DNA of 64,000 nucleotides, from NCBI GenBank assembly GCA_951406725.2, contig OX597830.1:5642001-5706000 (forward strand), given 5' to 3'. A program made the position numbers and the translations under genes. This document shows positions 1 through 13,720 of the stretch, piece by piece. Below the pieces are notes generated by a model. The model made no database searches, was not told where the DNA came from, and saw only the letters and a program-made list of their open reading frames with translations. The stretch is from Octopus vulgaris (Eukaryota). The first letter of the stretch is position 1. The number at the start of each line of letters is the position of its first letter.

Positions 1-317
1 CTGACCACGGCTTCCAACCGATTCTGATGAAACTTGACACACACATAGCCCAATGTCATAATTCAAAACTAACGCAGCGAAAACTTTGAAAAGTTCCCCC
101 AGTTCTGAAAAAGATCGATAAATTCGACATGGGGTCGACAATCAGAAACACAAACCACAGATGGTCTAGGGGACGCAACTCGACCTTTTTAACTATCAAA
201 AAAAATTTACCATCATTTTTTTCCCCATTTTTTTGCTATTTTTTGGCTATAACTCTCTAAAAATGCTTTATAGTTATTTCCCTTACAAACCCGAGCAACG
301 CCGGGCGATGCTGCTAG
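1..317 (+). mobile_element. Non-autonomous Helitron, 3' part (5' end outside window)
   Basis: GC hairpin CCCGAGCAACGCCGGG (290-305) followed 8 nt later by CTAG|T (314-317), the canonical Helitron 3' terminus. Bases 10-45 resemble the core of the element at 9671. Confidence 0.75.
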
Positions 318-814
318 TTTGTAAATATAGAAATGAATGTACGTAGGAATGAATGAATGCATGTAAATATGTGTGTACTATTATGGAAATCAGCATTTAT
401 TAGAAAATCTAAATATTATTTAAAGCAAAACCAGAAAATGTTCATACTCTATCAAAGACGTCTTTAAAGCATGGAACTGATATCTATTCTTTATTTTCTC
501 CAGGATATTGTCTACCACCAGAAATTCAAACTGTATGGTAGATGGAGCAAAATAACTCACATATCGGCCGAATTAGGAAGAAGATAATGTCGGCAAGGTT
601 AACGTCTAAAGGTGCCCAGGCACGCCTTTTAAAATTTGGCTGTATCTTTGCTGCTTCGAATTCTCTCTGTTAAACTGCATAATTTTTTTTTCATACAGCA
701 TCATTTACGTAATTATACAACAATCAGTTTGGAAATGTCACATTCTTTAAATTTCGTATCAGCATTCTATTGCTACACGCTATCCATATTCTCCCATTTG
801 TTTACAATCTCTGT

Positions 815-1000
815 TTCCTCCTCCTTCTCCTCCTCCTCCACTTCTTCCTCCTCCTCTTCTTCTTCCTCCTCCACTTCTTCCCCTTCCTACTCCTCCCCTC
901 CCCCCTCAACTACTTCCTCTTCTTCTTCCTTCTCGCCTCCTCCTCCTCCTCCACCTTCTCTCCTCCTCCTCCATCATTTCCTCTTCGTTTTTCTTTTTCC
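815..1000. repeat. (TCC/TTC)n polypyrimidine low-complexity tract
   Basis: Directly visible; source of the Ser/Pro/Leu-rich pseudo-ORFs. Confidence 0.95.
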
Positions 1001-1349
1001 CCCTCTTTTACGTATCCTAAATATTACCACTCTCCGTGTGTCGGTCTTCCACACACACACACACACACACAAAACCTCTGTCCCTCACAGACACAGACAT
1101 CCGCACTATTTAACTCGCCCACACACACACTCTCTCCCTTAATTTTCGTTGTTCTTGTAACAATAGCCACTCAACCACATCTACGTCCATCAATCTACCG
1201 ACTTAACAGTCTAATTGTATTTCTTTGCATGTCTGTGTGTCCAATCCTTACGCATGTCCGTGTGTATAACTGTAACATGAATATTAATGTCCCTGTACGT
1301 GTATGCATGCACAGACTCTCACACTCATGGTGTCTCTTTGTCTTGCATC

Positions 1350-1528
1350 ATATACATACATACATACATACATACATACAAACATACATACGTACGTACG
1401 TACATACATACATACATACATACATAAGTACATATATGCATGCATGCGTATACGCATTTACATGTATATATGTATAAATATGTATTTATATAGATGTCTG
1501 TGTATACGTATATACGTATATATATGAT

Positions 1529-1567
<39 letters not shown>

Positions 1568-1669
1568 CACATATTACATGCAAGCAGACACAGAGACATA
1601 TATATATATTTATATATATGTATATGCAGATATATACATGCCATACGCTTATATCTATATGTGTGTGTG

Positions 1670-1724
<55 letters not shown>

Positions 1725-1790
1725 ATGTATGTATATATACAGGTGTGTGTATGAGGGTATGTATATATGTATACATCTATGTATATGTAG
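1350..1790. repeat. Compound (TACA)n/(TA)n microsatellite
   Basis: Directly visible. Similar TA-rich tracts at 2798-3060, 3548-3830, 19295-19460, 22010-22390, 28845-29275, 36985-37390, 45600-45830, 46405-46580, 53205-53620, 58255-58460 and 59890-60310. Confidence 0.95.
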
Positions 1791-2817
1791 ATATTCAGTT
1801 TTTCTCCCTCCAGCCTGTCTGCGCTCATACTTACTGACAGACTAACAACAAACCCCGTCTCTGTTCTTTCTCTAAGAATTTCCAGCGACTCTCCTCCACC
1901 AGAAGCAAACCTGCTCTAAACTGGCTGCTATGTCAGCCATTTACATGCAATGTATCAAAATTACGTTAACGACTGGAGGGATTCTCTACCTGTCTGCTTC
2001 CTGCTATTATTTCGTCTCGCCCTAGTGCCATACATACCATACCTGTCACACAAATATCAGAACCGCCCCGAATGTCTATTAACGTCGTTAATACAAATTC
2101 TCTTTTTCTACATCAGTTTTTGCCGCTGTAATTTATGTGTCGTCTTCTCGGTTTTGTTTTGTTTTCTTAGTATTTCCTGACAATATTCTAAGATGTGTGG
2201 GGCATCAAGCTATCAAAAATGTCTGAAAGTATTAAACGTAGTATTTCATCGTATTTTCATTCTGTTTCGGGTTCAAATCATAGCAGGTTTGATTTGGTTT
2301 ATTTCATGTCCCTCTGCTCAAAGAAAGCAGCTACCAATTAGCTTAACGACGCAAAATAATCAGCCATTATTCTCCATCAGTCGAATTAGAATTTTATTCC
2401 TTTGCGTTTGCTTTATAGAATGCTATTTAGAATAGGGTTTAAGTTGTTAAGGTGGTCATGACGTTAAGCTGATCATGATATATCACTAAGACATTTTCTA
2501 CAGATTCCTTTTTCTAACTAGTTAGAAATTTCGGTACATCATTCATTCTTTATTTCCTTCTCTCTTTACGTCTCTCTCTGCTCCTTTTTGTCTCTTTCTC
2601 TCTCCTTTTCTTTCTCTCTTCCTCTCTCTCTCTCTCACTCACACACTCTCTCGCTTCTTTTCTTTCTCTCTGCCTCATCTCTTTCTGCTCATTCTGACAA
2701 AAAGAGATCATAAATACGAATACATTTTGTACTCATAATAAAGTTTCCTTCTGATATAAGACTTCTTACCGCTTTACCACTTAAAGTAAGTTAGGGCATA
2801 TATATATATATATATAA

Positions 2818-2894
<77 letters not shown>

Positions 2895-2895
2895 G

Positions 2896-2962
<67 letters not shown>

Positions 2963-3546
2963 AATATATATACACATACATATAACATACATATGTGTGT
3001 GCGAGCGTGTGCGTATGCATATATGCACATATATGAATATATATTTATTTATATGTGTATATAAAATAATATATTTTGGTCAGATTTGTAGCTTCGACTT
3101 CTTTATTAAAATGTCCCCTCACACAATGTGATATTCAATGGAAAAAATATGCATCACAAGCAGAAATAAACGAAGAGAAGTCGTCTTTCTTTCCTCGGAA
3201 AATAAATATATATGGCGAGACATCAAAAACTTCAGCAACACACTTGATATGACTGCGTTGTTTCTCTTCATTCAAGCATGATATTAATACATTCATTTGG
3301 AGCATCTATCTCCTCTGATCATTGCCACGGTCCCAGAGTCATTGGAATGCATCGTAGCAAATATTAAACTGTCTTCTTATCGCGTGGTTTTCTTGTAACA
3401 GATTCCACAGCTGACGGCTGCAGACTAAAAGCTTCGTAGAACTTTACAATGTCTGGATATCCGTTCTGCTCATAATTTCGTTATAGTTATAGTCATCAAA
3501 TATGTGACTCTCTCTCTCTCTCTGTCTTCCTGTCTCTCTCACTCCT

Positions 3547-3608
<62 letters not shown>

Positions 3609-3767
3609 AGCATACACACACACAGATACACACAAACACACATATGAATATATACATTTATCTACTTTCATTTATATATGTGTACGTGCTTATGCATGTT
3701 TATATTTATAAACAATATGTGTGCATAAGTTTATTGTACACCGAAACAAATATATAGATACTATAGG

Positions 3768-3837
<70 letters not shown>

Positions 3838-4650
3838 AGACGTACATATGTAATGTATACTAAAAATATTTGTGAGGTTTCATTTAGTCTGCCAGTGGCA
3901 AGATCGATACACTTAACACATGAATATATTCCAAATACATTTAAAGTAATATTTTATTGTGCCATGCCTGAGAATACGTAAAAGAAAAAATATAGTTTGA
4001 AGAAAATAGCATCTCACACATCTTTGAAACTGAAAGAATTTAGCATCTAAAAGACATTTGGACACGGAATATAATACATGTAATATCATTTACATGACAG
4101 TCTTGGAAGTCAAATAATGACAAGGAATATTAGATCGATGGAGTATGCAGCCAGCGTAGAGTTAATCGCATTTCGAACAATGATTGATTTAAGATAGATA
4201 GATAGTTTGGAATTCGACAGAGACAACTCCATGTCACCTTTCTATTTCTTTGCGTCTTTTTAAGAAAATATAACTTTCATTTTCCTTCTAAATGTATTGA
4301 AACCTTTCTAAGAAATAGAAGTTTATAAACTTCAAATAATTAGAAAAAAAAAAGACTGTTTTCAGGAATTGGTTACAAAAATTATTTTTATTCAGATATT
4401 TTGAAATTCCATTCGCCATATATTCCTAGTAATACGTATCGTTAATTTTACTGTAACACATATCTAACTGTAACGTACAACTGGCATATAGCTAACGGTA
4501 GACGTGTACAATGGAAGGATGAAGTTCATAGTAAAGTCATAAATTGTAACATATAGCTTACGATAATGTTGTACCACAGAAGAGATGATGTTTGCATCAA
4601 ATTCATAAAATATATCTGTAACGATACTTCTCACTTTACCAGGATCTTAC

Positions 4651-4720
4651 TTTTCTCTAATATTGCACGAAGGTAACCAATGATTTAACACGTAGCGAGT
4701 TAAAGCTGTTTCACTGTATA
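4651..4720 (-). other. Candidate 70-bp internal exon
   Basis: Minus strand has acceptor ttttatctgtttcag| and donor AA|GTAAGA; one frame is open (YSETALTRYVLNHWLPSCNIRE). No homology recognised. Confidence 0.2.
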
Positions 4721-5650
4721 CTGAAACAGATAAAATTTTCTGTAGCTGCATCCATTGCGTAGTAACTTTCACTAAATCTTAAAAATGCGGATCAAGTCCT
4801 GCGCTCGGTAATACAATGTTAGCAGAAAAACCAGCTCTTGTATTTTCCCATTAGTAAAATCTGTTCCTCATCTCCAGTTAACATAGTATTTCATAAGAGC
4901 TCCATTCGAAGTTACATACTTCCAGTAGTGAACGTAACATAGTTTCATACATTTAGTGGGCGTTATGTGTTTCTTTTTACTGGAAATAAATCGTGAAAAT
5001 GTAAATTAACAAAAGAAGCAGGAATTAAAGGAATATATAACAAGCCACCAATATGGCAACTAATACAGTCTAGATTTACATACAGACATATGTGCATGTA
5101 TGTGTGTGTTTGTGTGTGATTGTGTGTGGTGTGTGTGATTGTGTGTGGTGCGTGTGTGGTGTAGTGTGTGTGTATGTAATAACGCCAGGGATCAGCAGAT
5201 TTATTTGAAAATCCTGGCCACAACTGGAGATGCCTAAAGTCAGAAATAGAGTTAAAGAACATATCCAATATTTAGTGTGCTATTTGGAGAGAATTGACAC
5301 AGACTTAGAAGATGGCTGACATTTTTATAAACACAGATACAAAGCTAAATAGAAAATATCGTAGAATGGCCTCAAACGAAACACGGTTGTAAAGTTGATT
5401 CTTAAAAATATACTTCGAGTAAAATGTCTTTAATTCTTTCACACACAAAATGGAGTTTTAAAACTTAAAACGTTATGAAGCATTTCTTGCTGAATTAACT
5501 TAAGAAATTATACTTAAATATTTTGGTATCCTTTCCAATACATCGAAAATTTACCAATAATTACCAATAGGTTCTGCCCCCCCTCTCTCTCTCTCTCTTT
5601 CTTTATATATATATATATATATATATATAGTATATATGTATATACATACA

Positions 5651-6040
5651 TATTCTTTTACTCTTTTACTTGTTTCATTCACGGCCCTGCTGGAGTACCA
5701 ACTTTAGTCGAACAATTCTACCCAAGGACTTATTCTTTGTAAGTGTAGTACTTATTCTATCCGATTCCTGTTGCCGAACCGCTAAGATACGGAGACGTAA
5801 ACACACCAACATCCGTTGTTAAGCGATGGTGAGTGGAAAAACGCAGGCACACACACACATACAGATATATATATACACGACGGAACACTTTCTGTTTCCG
5901 TTTACCAAATCCACTCACGAGGCTTTGGTCGGCACGAGGTTATACTTAAAGACACTTGCACAAGTTGCCACGTAGTGGGACTGAACCTGGAACCATGTGG
6001 TTAGGAAGCAAACTTCTTACTACACACCCACGCCTGCGCC
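5651..6040 (-). mobile_element. tRNA-derived SINE, family A (near full length)
   Basis: Minus strand begins GGCGCAGGCGTGGGTGTGTAGTAAG (A-box-like) and GGTTCAGTCCC (B-box-like), has an internal (TA/TG)n stretch and a GTAAAAGA-repeat tail. More than 10 homologous copies in the window. Confidence 0.9.
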
Positions 6041-6618
6041 TATAAAACTATTTAATTGCATTATATTTTTTAAATCACCGAGTAATAATATCGAATTTCT
6101 GATGAACATTGTGAATGTAATAACAAATATTTTGGCCTTGTATATTTTAAATTAATTTATCATTTTTTTTTCAGTTCATTAAAATGTATTCATTACATTT
6201 CTTATTTCTCCATTTGAATAATAACAGATTCTCGAATGTGAAATTCTCAGACACGAATCTCGAAACATCGCACAATACGGGTTTTAATTTCTTGGGGAAT
6301 TTTACACAAACTGATTACAGCGAATTCTGTTTGTTTAGGTTTATTCAAAAGACTAATTATTTATATTTGGTCTCTGACACATCCTGGAAGAATTTCATTC
6401 ATGACATTTCATGAAGGAACAATTAACTGAATAAAAATTAAGAGATATAATGAAATTCAGATAAATAAATTTATGATTTCTTCAGCTGTTCACCTTGCTT
6501 TTAAATATTACGTATTTAGAATGTTTCTAGCTAGACTACGAATCCCAATTATACAGTGTATATCTACAAAATTTATATCTAGACAAATCACTACATCTTA
6601 CAATATCTAGGTCTGCAT

Positions 6619-6890
6619 CAGTGGTTGTCACCCATTTGTTTGTTATATCTAAATTCCTTAGATTTTTATTTTACTCGAATGGACCCTCGAAACCATTCCA
6701 TGTTGAAGAATTCATAATGTAATTTTTTATTTATAATTAAATATTATGAAGAATTGGATAAAAGATTGTGAAATTATTTTGTGTATTTTAGAAATATAAG
6801 CAATGTCTGGCTCATTAATTTAAACAAAAAAACTATTATTTGGACGCCACCTCACCCAAGGGTCATATGGACCACGGTTGAAAGCCATTG
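6619..6890. mobile_element. Old hAT (Charlie-like) MITE
   Basis: Degenerate TIRs CAGTGGTTGTCACCC / GGTTGAAAGCCATTG; imperfect 8-bp TSD GTCTGCAT / CTCTACAT. Confidence 0.6.
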
Positions 6891-7032
6891 CTCTACATTA
6901 TTAACGTCACGTTTAAAGAATTTATACTTACATTACTTACATCCACATCATTAGTTTCATCCACAGAATATTGCTATTCAGAATATTTATATCTACATTA
7001 ACAGCGCTATCTATGCAGTGTATATGTGTGTA

Positions 7033-7150
7033 TTGATCGCTAGCCACTAAAGCTTTTTATATTCTCTCTCTGTTTATTTTCTCGTGTTCCTTTCTGTTGA
7101 AGAGCGTAGGCTCGAAACGTAAAAGACTTTCTCAACATTCCGAGCGTTAA
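7033..7150 (+). mobile_element. PLE pseudo-LTR-like short element (family P1)
   Basis: Homologous to 19470-19670 and to 31578-31790, which is the terminus of the GIY-YIG element. Followed by an inverted, related terminal fragment at about 7160-7370. Confidence 0.7.
7090..7125 (+). ncRNA. Minimal hammerhead-like motif, A6U core
   Basis: CTTT-CTGTTGA-A-GAGC(GTAG)GCTC-GAAA-CG-TA-AAAG: stems I and II pair, and stem III is the palindrome ACGT. Confidence 0.6.
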
Positions 7151-7595
7151 ACTATATATATAGTTAAATAAAAACGAGGAAAAACGCAACAAGAAAAAAA
7201 AGCAACAACGCGAGGACGTGGTACATGCAAATTATTGGCAGACGCTCGGGGAAAGAATGGAAACCAAAACTCTTCGCGCAGGAAACAGGAGACGGAGGAA
7301 AGTCCAAGAGAAAAGAAAGACGTAGGAGAAAAAACAAATCAACAACGTTCTACATATGATTATATTTCGAAATATATATATTTATACCTATACTACCAAC
7401 CTCATATTTAAAGAGTGTAATGTATACTTAAAGAGTTTGTACAATTAACCTCGCCTGCAAAAGTGCGTATTTACAATATCCATATCCCCAGTGTATATAT
7501 TTACAGTAGAAGTTATACTACTAGTTTCCTCTGCAATGAAGTTACATTTTTAATTATTTATATCTATATATCATTAGCCTTCCCTTTACAGAGTG

Positions 7596-7641
<46 letters not shown>

Positions 7642-8008
7642 TTATTTATGCTTACATTATTAATCACATATTGTTTATCACTTTGTATTTTCTTTTTCCA
7701 TGCAGCCATCGGGTGTTTCATTTCTTCATATCTACATGTTGGTATTTTAACAAAGGCAGACGGATATTACACACGGGATGCAATACTAAAAGAGAAATAT
7801 TACAGATATTTCAAGGCAGCTGAAGATATGCAAGAAATAACAGTCGAATCACTATAAAATCTCACCTACATTTAGAAAAGGCAAAAGTAGGACCGCCATA
7901 CTGGATGCTATATGATGAGTTTCTGAAAGATCATGATGGTCAAGGATGGAATGGTCTGCTGGGTCAAGGCAGACCGCTGCCTTATTTACAAAATCTGCAA
8001 TGTCGCTG

Positions 8009-8050
8009 CTAATGCCGGAGCTGGAGCTGGTGCTGCTGCTGCTGCTGGAG

Positions 8051-8122
<72 letters not shown>

Positions 8123-8124
8123 TA

Positions 8125-8155
<31 letters not shown>

Positions 8156-8345
8156 TTATCTATGTGTGTATGTGTGTTTACATTTTGCACGGTTTCATTT
8201 ATTCATATATATATATATGTGTGTGTGTGTGTGAATGTATCACCGAGTATAGATATATATATATATGTAGGTCCACAACTTATATATATGTGTGTGTGTG
8301 TATGTGTATGTATGCATGCATGCATGTATGTATGTATTATGTATG
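8009..8345. repeat. Compound (GCT)n-(ACT)n-(TATC)n-(TG/TA)n microsatellite
   Basis: Directly visible. Confidence 0.95.
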
Positions 8346-9271
8346 TAAGTATAGCACGGTATATTATTTCGCGTTGGTGTCCAGGAATGCTTGTGTAATT
8401 AAATTTACCCGAGACACAAATAAACGAAACGTCATCGACATTAAATATTTACCAGAGTCAGATGCGTCTTCCTTGCTCGTGATTTCGTGAGGTTTTGAAA
8501 AATTATCCAATTACTTCCAAATTGGATGTTATTTTATTTTTTTTGTGTGTTGTTGTAAAGATCCATTACATAGAGAATACAGGAGCCTTCTCCTGTTTGT
8601 TTTTGCCCTTTTTGAGAGAGAACAAGAGTTTACGATCTGAAACAATGCTTTAACCGTCAGATGATTTTTTAAAAATATTAGTAAAATGGCGTCTACTGAT
8701 GTGGTGATGTGAGGAGGTGTCTGCGAAATTGGTGGTACCATAGACGTTTTCCACAAAGAACAAAATCAACGGATCAAAAACTATCAACAGAACAGTGATA
8801 ACAATTCAAAGAGCAAACAGTCGTTTGGACTGTTACCTCTAAAAAACAAAAGTAGCGATATTTGTCACTCCGTCCATTGTAGGAGCAATACCAGATCGGT
8901 GTGTCTGTAATTTAGAAGAAATTGATGGTCACAAGCGTACAAGAAAGATCAATTTGGAAAATATGTTACAGGAGCTAATGCATTCTTGCTCCTTCAAAAA
9001 CCAGTAGGGGCTTCTGTATATCTCTTCCAACAGACATTGATATATGAACACTGACTGACTGATATAAACGACACCATATACTGATCTGAGACCGAGCCAG
9101 GATGTATGAAAGTGCATGCGTGATCTTCAAGACTGTGGAGGAAGCAATCCCTGCACGTTTCACAAAGTTTGGTGCTGCGGTATATATGGGAAAACAAACA
9201 GACGCTCCCGGTTATTGGCATTTACATTATTTACATTTGATGGGTATTTGTTCTCATCTTGTTTGTTGTTA

Positions 9272-9315
9272 ACACAACGTTTCGGCTGATATACCCTCCA
9301 GCCTTCATCAGGTGT
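9272..9315 (-). ncRNA. Minimal type I hammerhead ribozyme motif, canonical core
   Basis: Minus strand reads ACAC-CTGATGA-A-GGCTG(10 nt)CAGCC-GAAA-CG-TT-GTGT, with perfect stems I and II. It lies in a ~140-bp element abutting (TAA)n. Confidence 0.8.
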
Positions 9316-9364
9316 CTTGGGAAATTTCGAACCTGGGTTCTCGTTCCTGAGGTATTTTGGGATG

Positions 9365-9450
<86 letters not shown>

Positions 9451-9526
9451 GTTGTTGCTGTTATTATTATTATTATTATTGTCATTATTATTATTATTAT
9501 TATTATTATCATCATCATCATCATCA

Positions 9527-9569
<43 letters not shown>

Positions 9570-9580
9570 CATTATTATTA

Positions 9581-9644
<64 letters not shown>

Positions 9645-9670
9645 CATTATTGTTGTTATTATTATTATTA
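9365..9670. repeat. (ATT)n microsatellite
   Basis: Directly visible. Other TAA/ATT arrays at 10920-11090, 11670-11770, 16820-16963, 17862-17995, 23398-23718, 24341-24610, 26158-26265, 61838-62120 and 63446-63527. Confidence 0.97.
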
Positions 9671-10835
9671 TCTTTATATATATAAAACTGAGAATGTGTG
9701 TCTGTCTGTCTGTGTGTTTCCCTAAAACTTGAGAACTACACAACCAGTTTCATTCAAATTTTACACACGTCTTACTTAGGGTCCGGGGAGTGTCATCGGC
9801 AAAACATTTTTAACTTTTTGCCTAGGCGAGCCCACAGCAATATCATATCTTCTCCACTACGATTCCCTAAAACTTGAGAACTACACAACCAATTCCATTC
9901 AAATTTTACACATGCCTTACTTAGGGTCCATGTAGTTTCATGGGCAAAAAATGTTCAATTTCTTGCCTAGAGCGAGCCCATAGCAATATCATATCTTCTC
10001 CTCTATTTCAGTATTACGTGTTAAAAGTGAAACAAAAACGTTTCTCTATTTTATGTCAGATACTTTCACTTTAACAATAAAAATAATAATAACAATTGAA
10101 TTATATGTAGTAAGTAATAAATAAAATCAAACTAAAGTAACATGACAAAAGTAAAAATAGCAATTGGTATAAAATTACATCAATGATTTGAACTTGAATA
10201 AGTGGTTTCACATGAATGGGAATAGATTAAAAATAAAATTAGCGTGCAGAAATGGAATAGTCCAGATGAATAATAAAAAATTAAATTAAAGAAAAGACAA
10301 TTGTCTATAAAGTATGCAATGTAGAGAAAAAAGAAGATTTGAACACATGGAGGAAAGCACCTTCAAAAAGTGCCTTGGTACGACTATGAAATATATATAA
10401 TCAGAGGCGGTAAATTCGCCACAATAAAAGCAAGGTTCGAGTCAACGGAGCGTGCAAGGAAGTACTCCACTCGAACTTGCAAAGTGGAAATATTTTATTT
10501 TTACCTTTATATCTGGGACGTAGGACGTCCCGGAAAAAAAATTTAAATGCCCCCCCCCCCGAAGTAGAGGTAGGCTGGATTGTAGCCCCACTTCTATACA
10601 AGAGGGAGAACAAGATACAATTGATCGAAATTACAAGAGACGGGCTAACAATTCCAGTGTGTTTATATATTTTGAGTATTGTTATCACTAGCGATATCAA
10701 GATATAACTTTGTATTTTGTATTTTATATGTAGATGTATATATATAGATGTATATGTAATATGTACACATATATATATACACAAATATACATGCACTAGC
10801 ACTATGACCCGGCAACGACGGGTTTTGGATGCTAA
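9671..10835 (+). mobile_element. Non-autonomous Helitron inserted in (ATT)n
   Basis: 5' end A|TCTTTATATATATAAAA followed by (TCTG)n. Internal ~146-bp tandem duplication (about 9718-9862 and 9863-10005). 3' hairpin CCCGGCAACGACGGG then CTAA|T. ATT repeats resume on both sides. Confidence 0.75.
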
Positions 10836-10945
10836 TTATTATTATTATTGTTATTATTTTCTTTTTGCCTTTGTAATCTTTTTGTATTGTAGCTCGTCCT
10901 ACTGTGGCCAATAAAAGAAATTATTATTATTGTTATTATTATTAC

Positions 10946-11011
<66 letters not shown>

Positions 11012-11013
11012 CA

Positions 11014-11083
<70 letters not shown>

Positions 11084-11144
11084 TAATAATATTTCGTTCT
11101 TAACAGGGTGGTATTTATCTATATTTTCGCCTTCCTTCTTGACT

Positions 11145-11375
11145 ATTTATGGGTCAAAAGGGCATGGAACACCAACTATACAACATATATGGTGCCACAA
11201 GTTCCGGTCTGTTATGCTCTTGCATCTGATCTGTTTGGTCTGGGAAATCTCAGAGGATTTTGAAAGTCTGTGACTCCAGCATTCTCTAGCATCCATTTTT
11301 CGCAAAGATTCCAATGTAACACCTTCGCCCATCGTGTCGCCACAACTTGTAATGGCTTTGGACAAATCTAGGTCA
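11145..11375 (-). pseudogene. Degenerate R4/Dong-like LINE fragment (RH motif and REL start)
   Basis: Frameshifted minus-strand peptides: QSHYKLWRHD, AKVLHWNLCE, KIL*DFPDQTDQMQEHNRPELV, CCIVGVPCPFD. Confidence 0.7.
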
Positions 11376-11440
11376 TTCGTTCGCGATTTTTGTTGTCGTC
11401 GTCATCATCATCGTCATCATCTTCATCATCATCATCTTCA

Positions 11441-11655
11441 TGCGGCGATTTCACAGAATCGTTCGCTTGCTGGGTAAAATGCTCAGCGCAATTTCGCTCT
11501 CCCTTTATGTTCCGCGGTCAAATCTTACCCGGATCTAATTTACTTTTCATCCTTTCAGGGACTTTAAATTAATTGCCCGTTGAGCACTGGAGCTGATATA
11601 ATGTACCCACTCCCTTCCCCGAATTTCAGGCCTTGTGCCAGCAATGGAAAGGATT
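11441..11655 (+). mobile_element. tRNA-derived SINE, family B (diverged)
   Basis: Homologous to the well-preserved copies at 53872 and 63073 (core CTTTCATCCTTTC). A more degenerate copy is at about 2255-2400. Confidence 0.75.
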
Positions 11656-11670
11656 ATCACCGTCATCATG

Positions 11671-11730
<60 letters not shown>

Positions 11731-12331
11731 GTTGTTGTTGTTGTTGTTGTTGTTGATATTACTATTATTATTGCTGTTAATGCCATGACAGTGATATTGA
11801 TTTGCAATATGAACCCTGGTAACGGGGGGCAACATTAACCCGCAATGAATGACCTTAGCACCATCTCCATCGCAATATTCTGAACTCTTCTCTTACGAAC
11901 CATTTTTATTGTTATTGTAATTCACGATCGCTAGCAATTTGCAGGAGAGATTAAAGTCTTGCATATATCACACAATAAAACCGGTTCCTTATCTCTAACT
12001 TGAACACAATATATTCCACATATTAATTGAACGAGTTATAACTGCACAATTGTAATAACGAGTTAAATTCATTTCTTCCTGCCCTGCATTATTTGCTACA
12101 CATCCAATTTATTATGGTTGAAGTTTACTAAAATTAATTCCTCTTGTTTAACATTTCCTCTCATTTAGAACCTTCTGGAAGAGATGGAGTCAAGACAAGT
12201 CTTGCTAAAAATTTGTTTAGTCTAAATTTAGGCAACGTATAGACATCTGAGTAGGAGATGGTATACTAAACGAAATTATTGATAACTATCTAGAAATACT
12301 AATCTGAAATATTATTAGTTGTCTAGAAATA

Positions 12332-12717
12332 CAGTGATACTTCGCATTACGAGTTTCATTCGTTCAATGTCCGGCTTGTCTTATGAATTACTCGTTTTAT
12401 AAATCAATTTTCTCCATTGAAGTTGACCAAAATATAATTAATCCGTTCCAACCCCGGCAAATCACTCAAAAATTATTTTTTATGGGTTTTAAATAGAATG
12501 GATGTAGTTACAAGTAAAATTACAATTATAAAAAAAAAGAAAATGGAAAAGAAATATGTAAACTGGTTTTATTAACTGAATTACCTGAAAGATGGGACGA
12601 TTTCTGTGCTCGTACTGCGGATTTTCGCTCGTATTGCGAGACGAAAAGCCCTACGAGTCTTGGCCCGTACAGAAAATTACTCATACAATGGGGCACTCGT
12701 ACTGCTAGATTCTACTG
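12332..12717. mobile_element. Tigger/pogo-like MITE
   Basis: TA|CAGTGATACTTCGCATTACGAGT ... ACTCGTACTGCTAGATTCTACTG|TA: degenerate TIRs with TA TSD. Confidence 0.7.
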
Positions 12718-13364
12718 TACTCATTTCAGGTTTTAACACACCAAAGAAATGCAGGTCTACGTTGTCGTTTTGCCTTATTTGAGACTTTAATCATTTGACG
12801 TCCAAACCATGACCTGATTTATAAGGATCTAACGCTGTATTACGTAATATGTCTTCTCCTTCTTAAAGACTTTTGCGTCAATTCTGCGAAGTCTGGCCAC
12901 TAATTTTAGAAGTAGTTCTACTGGCTGCGTGACATTTCTTCGTTTGTCAGGACCGACAACTTGAATTTCTGTTGGTGTGATGTCAGTGGTGGCCTGGTGG
13001 TGTGATCTTGCTTACTGATCCAGCACGCCAATGATCAAAAGTAATCTTTCCATGACCATCCCGAAGTTTTCTAAATAGATTTTATCTGGAATATTATAAA
13101 CCAATATTTCCTTCCTGTTTTATCCATTAGCGTGTAATATGAAAGATATCAGCCTGCTTCTTTAAGCAGGTCATTTAGATCCTTTGTTCTTGCCATTGAA
13201 TTTAATCAAAAACAACAAGAATTTAAAATTTCCGTTTTTCTAATATTGAATATGTTTGATATTGTTCAAATTCACTGTTCCCACCATTTCGTAGATATTG
13301 TTAAATAGATTTGGGGTTAGTAATCCGTGCTCTTATTCCCTACGTCATATGCCCGTGGGCATAT

Positions 13365-13720
13365 TAGCAGATGTTTGGAAAGCTGTGAAATGTGGTTCTT
13401 AAGAAGTGTCCTGAGGATAGCATAGACAGAAAAAGTTTCTTGTGAAGAAGTGGCTGCAGTAAATAGGAGACTACTTTGTGAGCTATGGGTCAAGCAACTG
13501 AGACTTCTTGATTAGAAGACGAAGAAAGAGTCTGGAGAATTTAGCGATGACCGGAAAGATTGAAAAGAAAAGAACAGAGGAATGGATGTCCAGCTTGATA
13601 GACTGGCTGAAAGAAATAGGCATTAAACATCAGGAAGAGGAACTGTTGCAGAAAACAAGGAATTGTAAAAGGACACGATCGCCTACTTCCTACATTCTGG
13701 ACATGGCACCTAAAGAAAAG
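13365..13720 (+). pseudogene. RTE-clade LINE 3' fragment
   Basis: LESCEMWFLRSVLRIA*TEKVSCEEV and KSLENLAMTGKIEKKR..WMSSL match the RTE C-terminal consensus. Confidence 0.8.

Noticed and set aside
481-590. Plus-strand acceptor ttctttattttctccag at 503
   Set aside because: No convincing donor, all frames stop within about 85 nt, and there is no other support.
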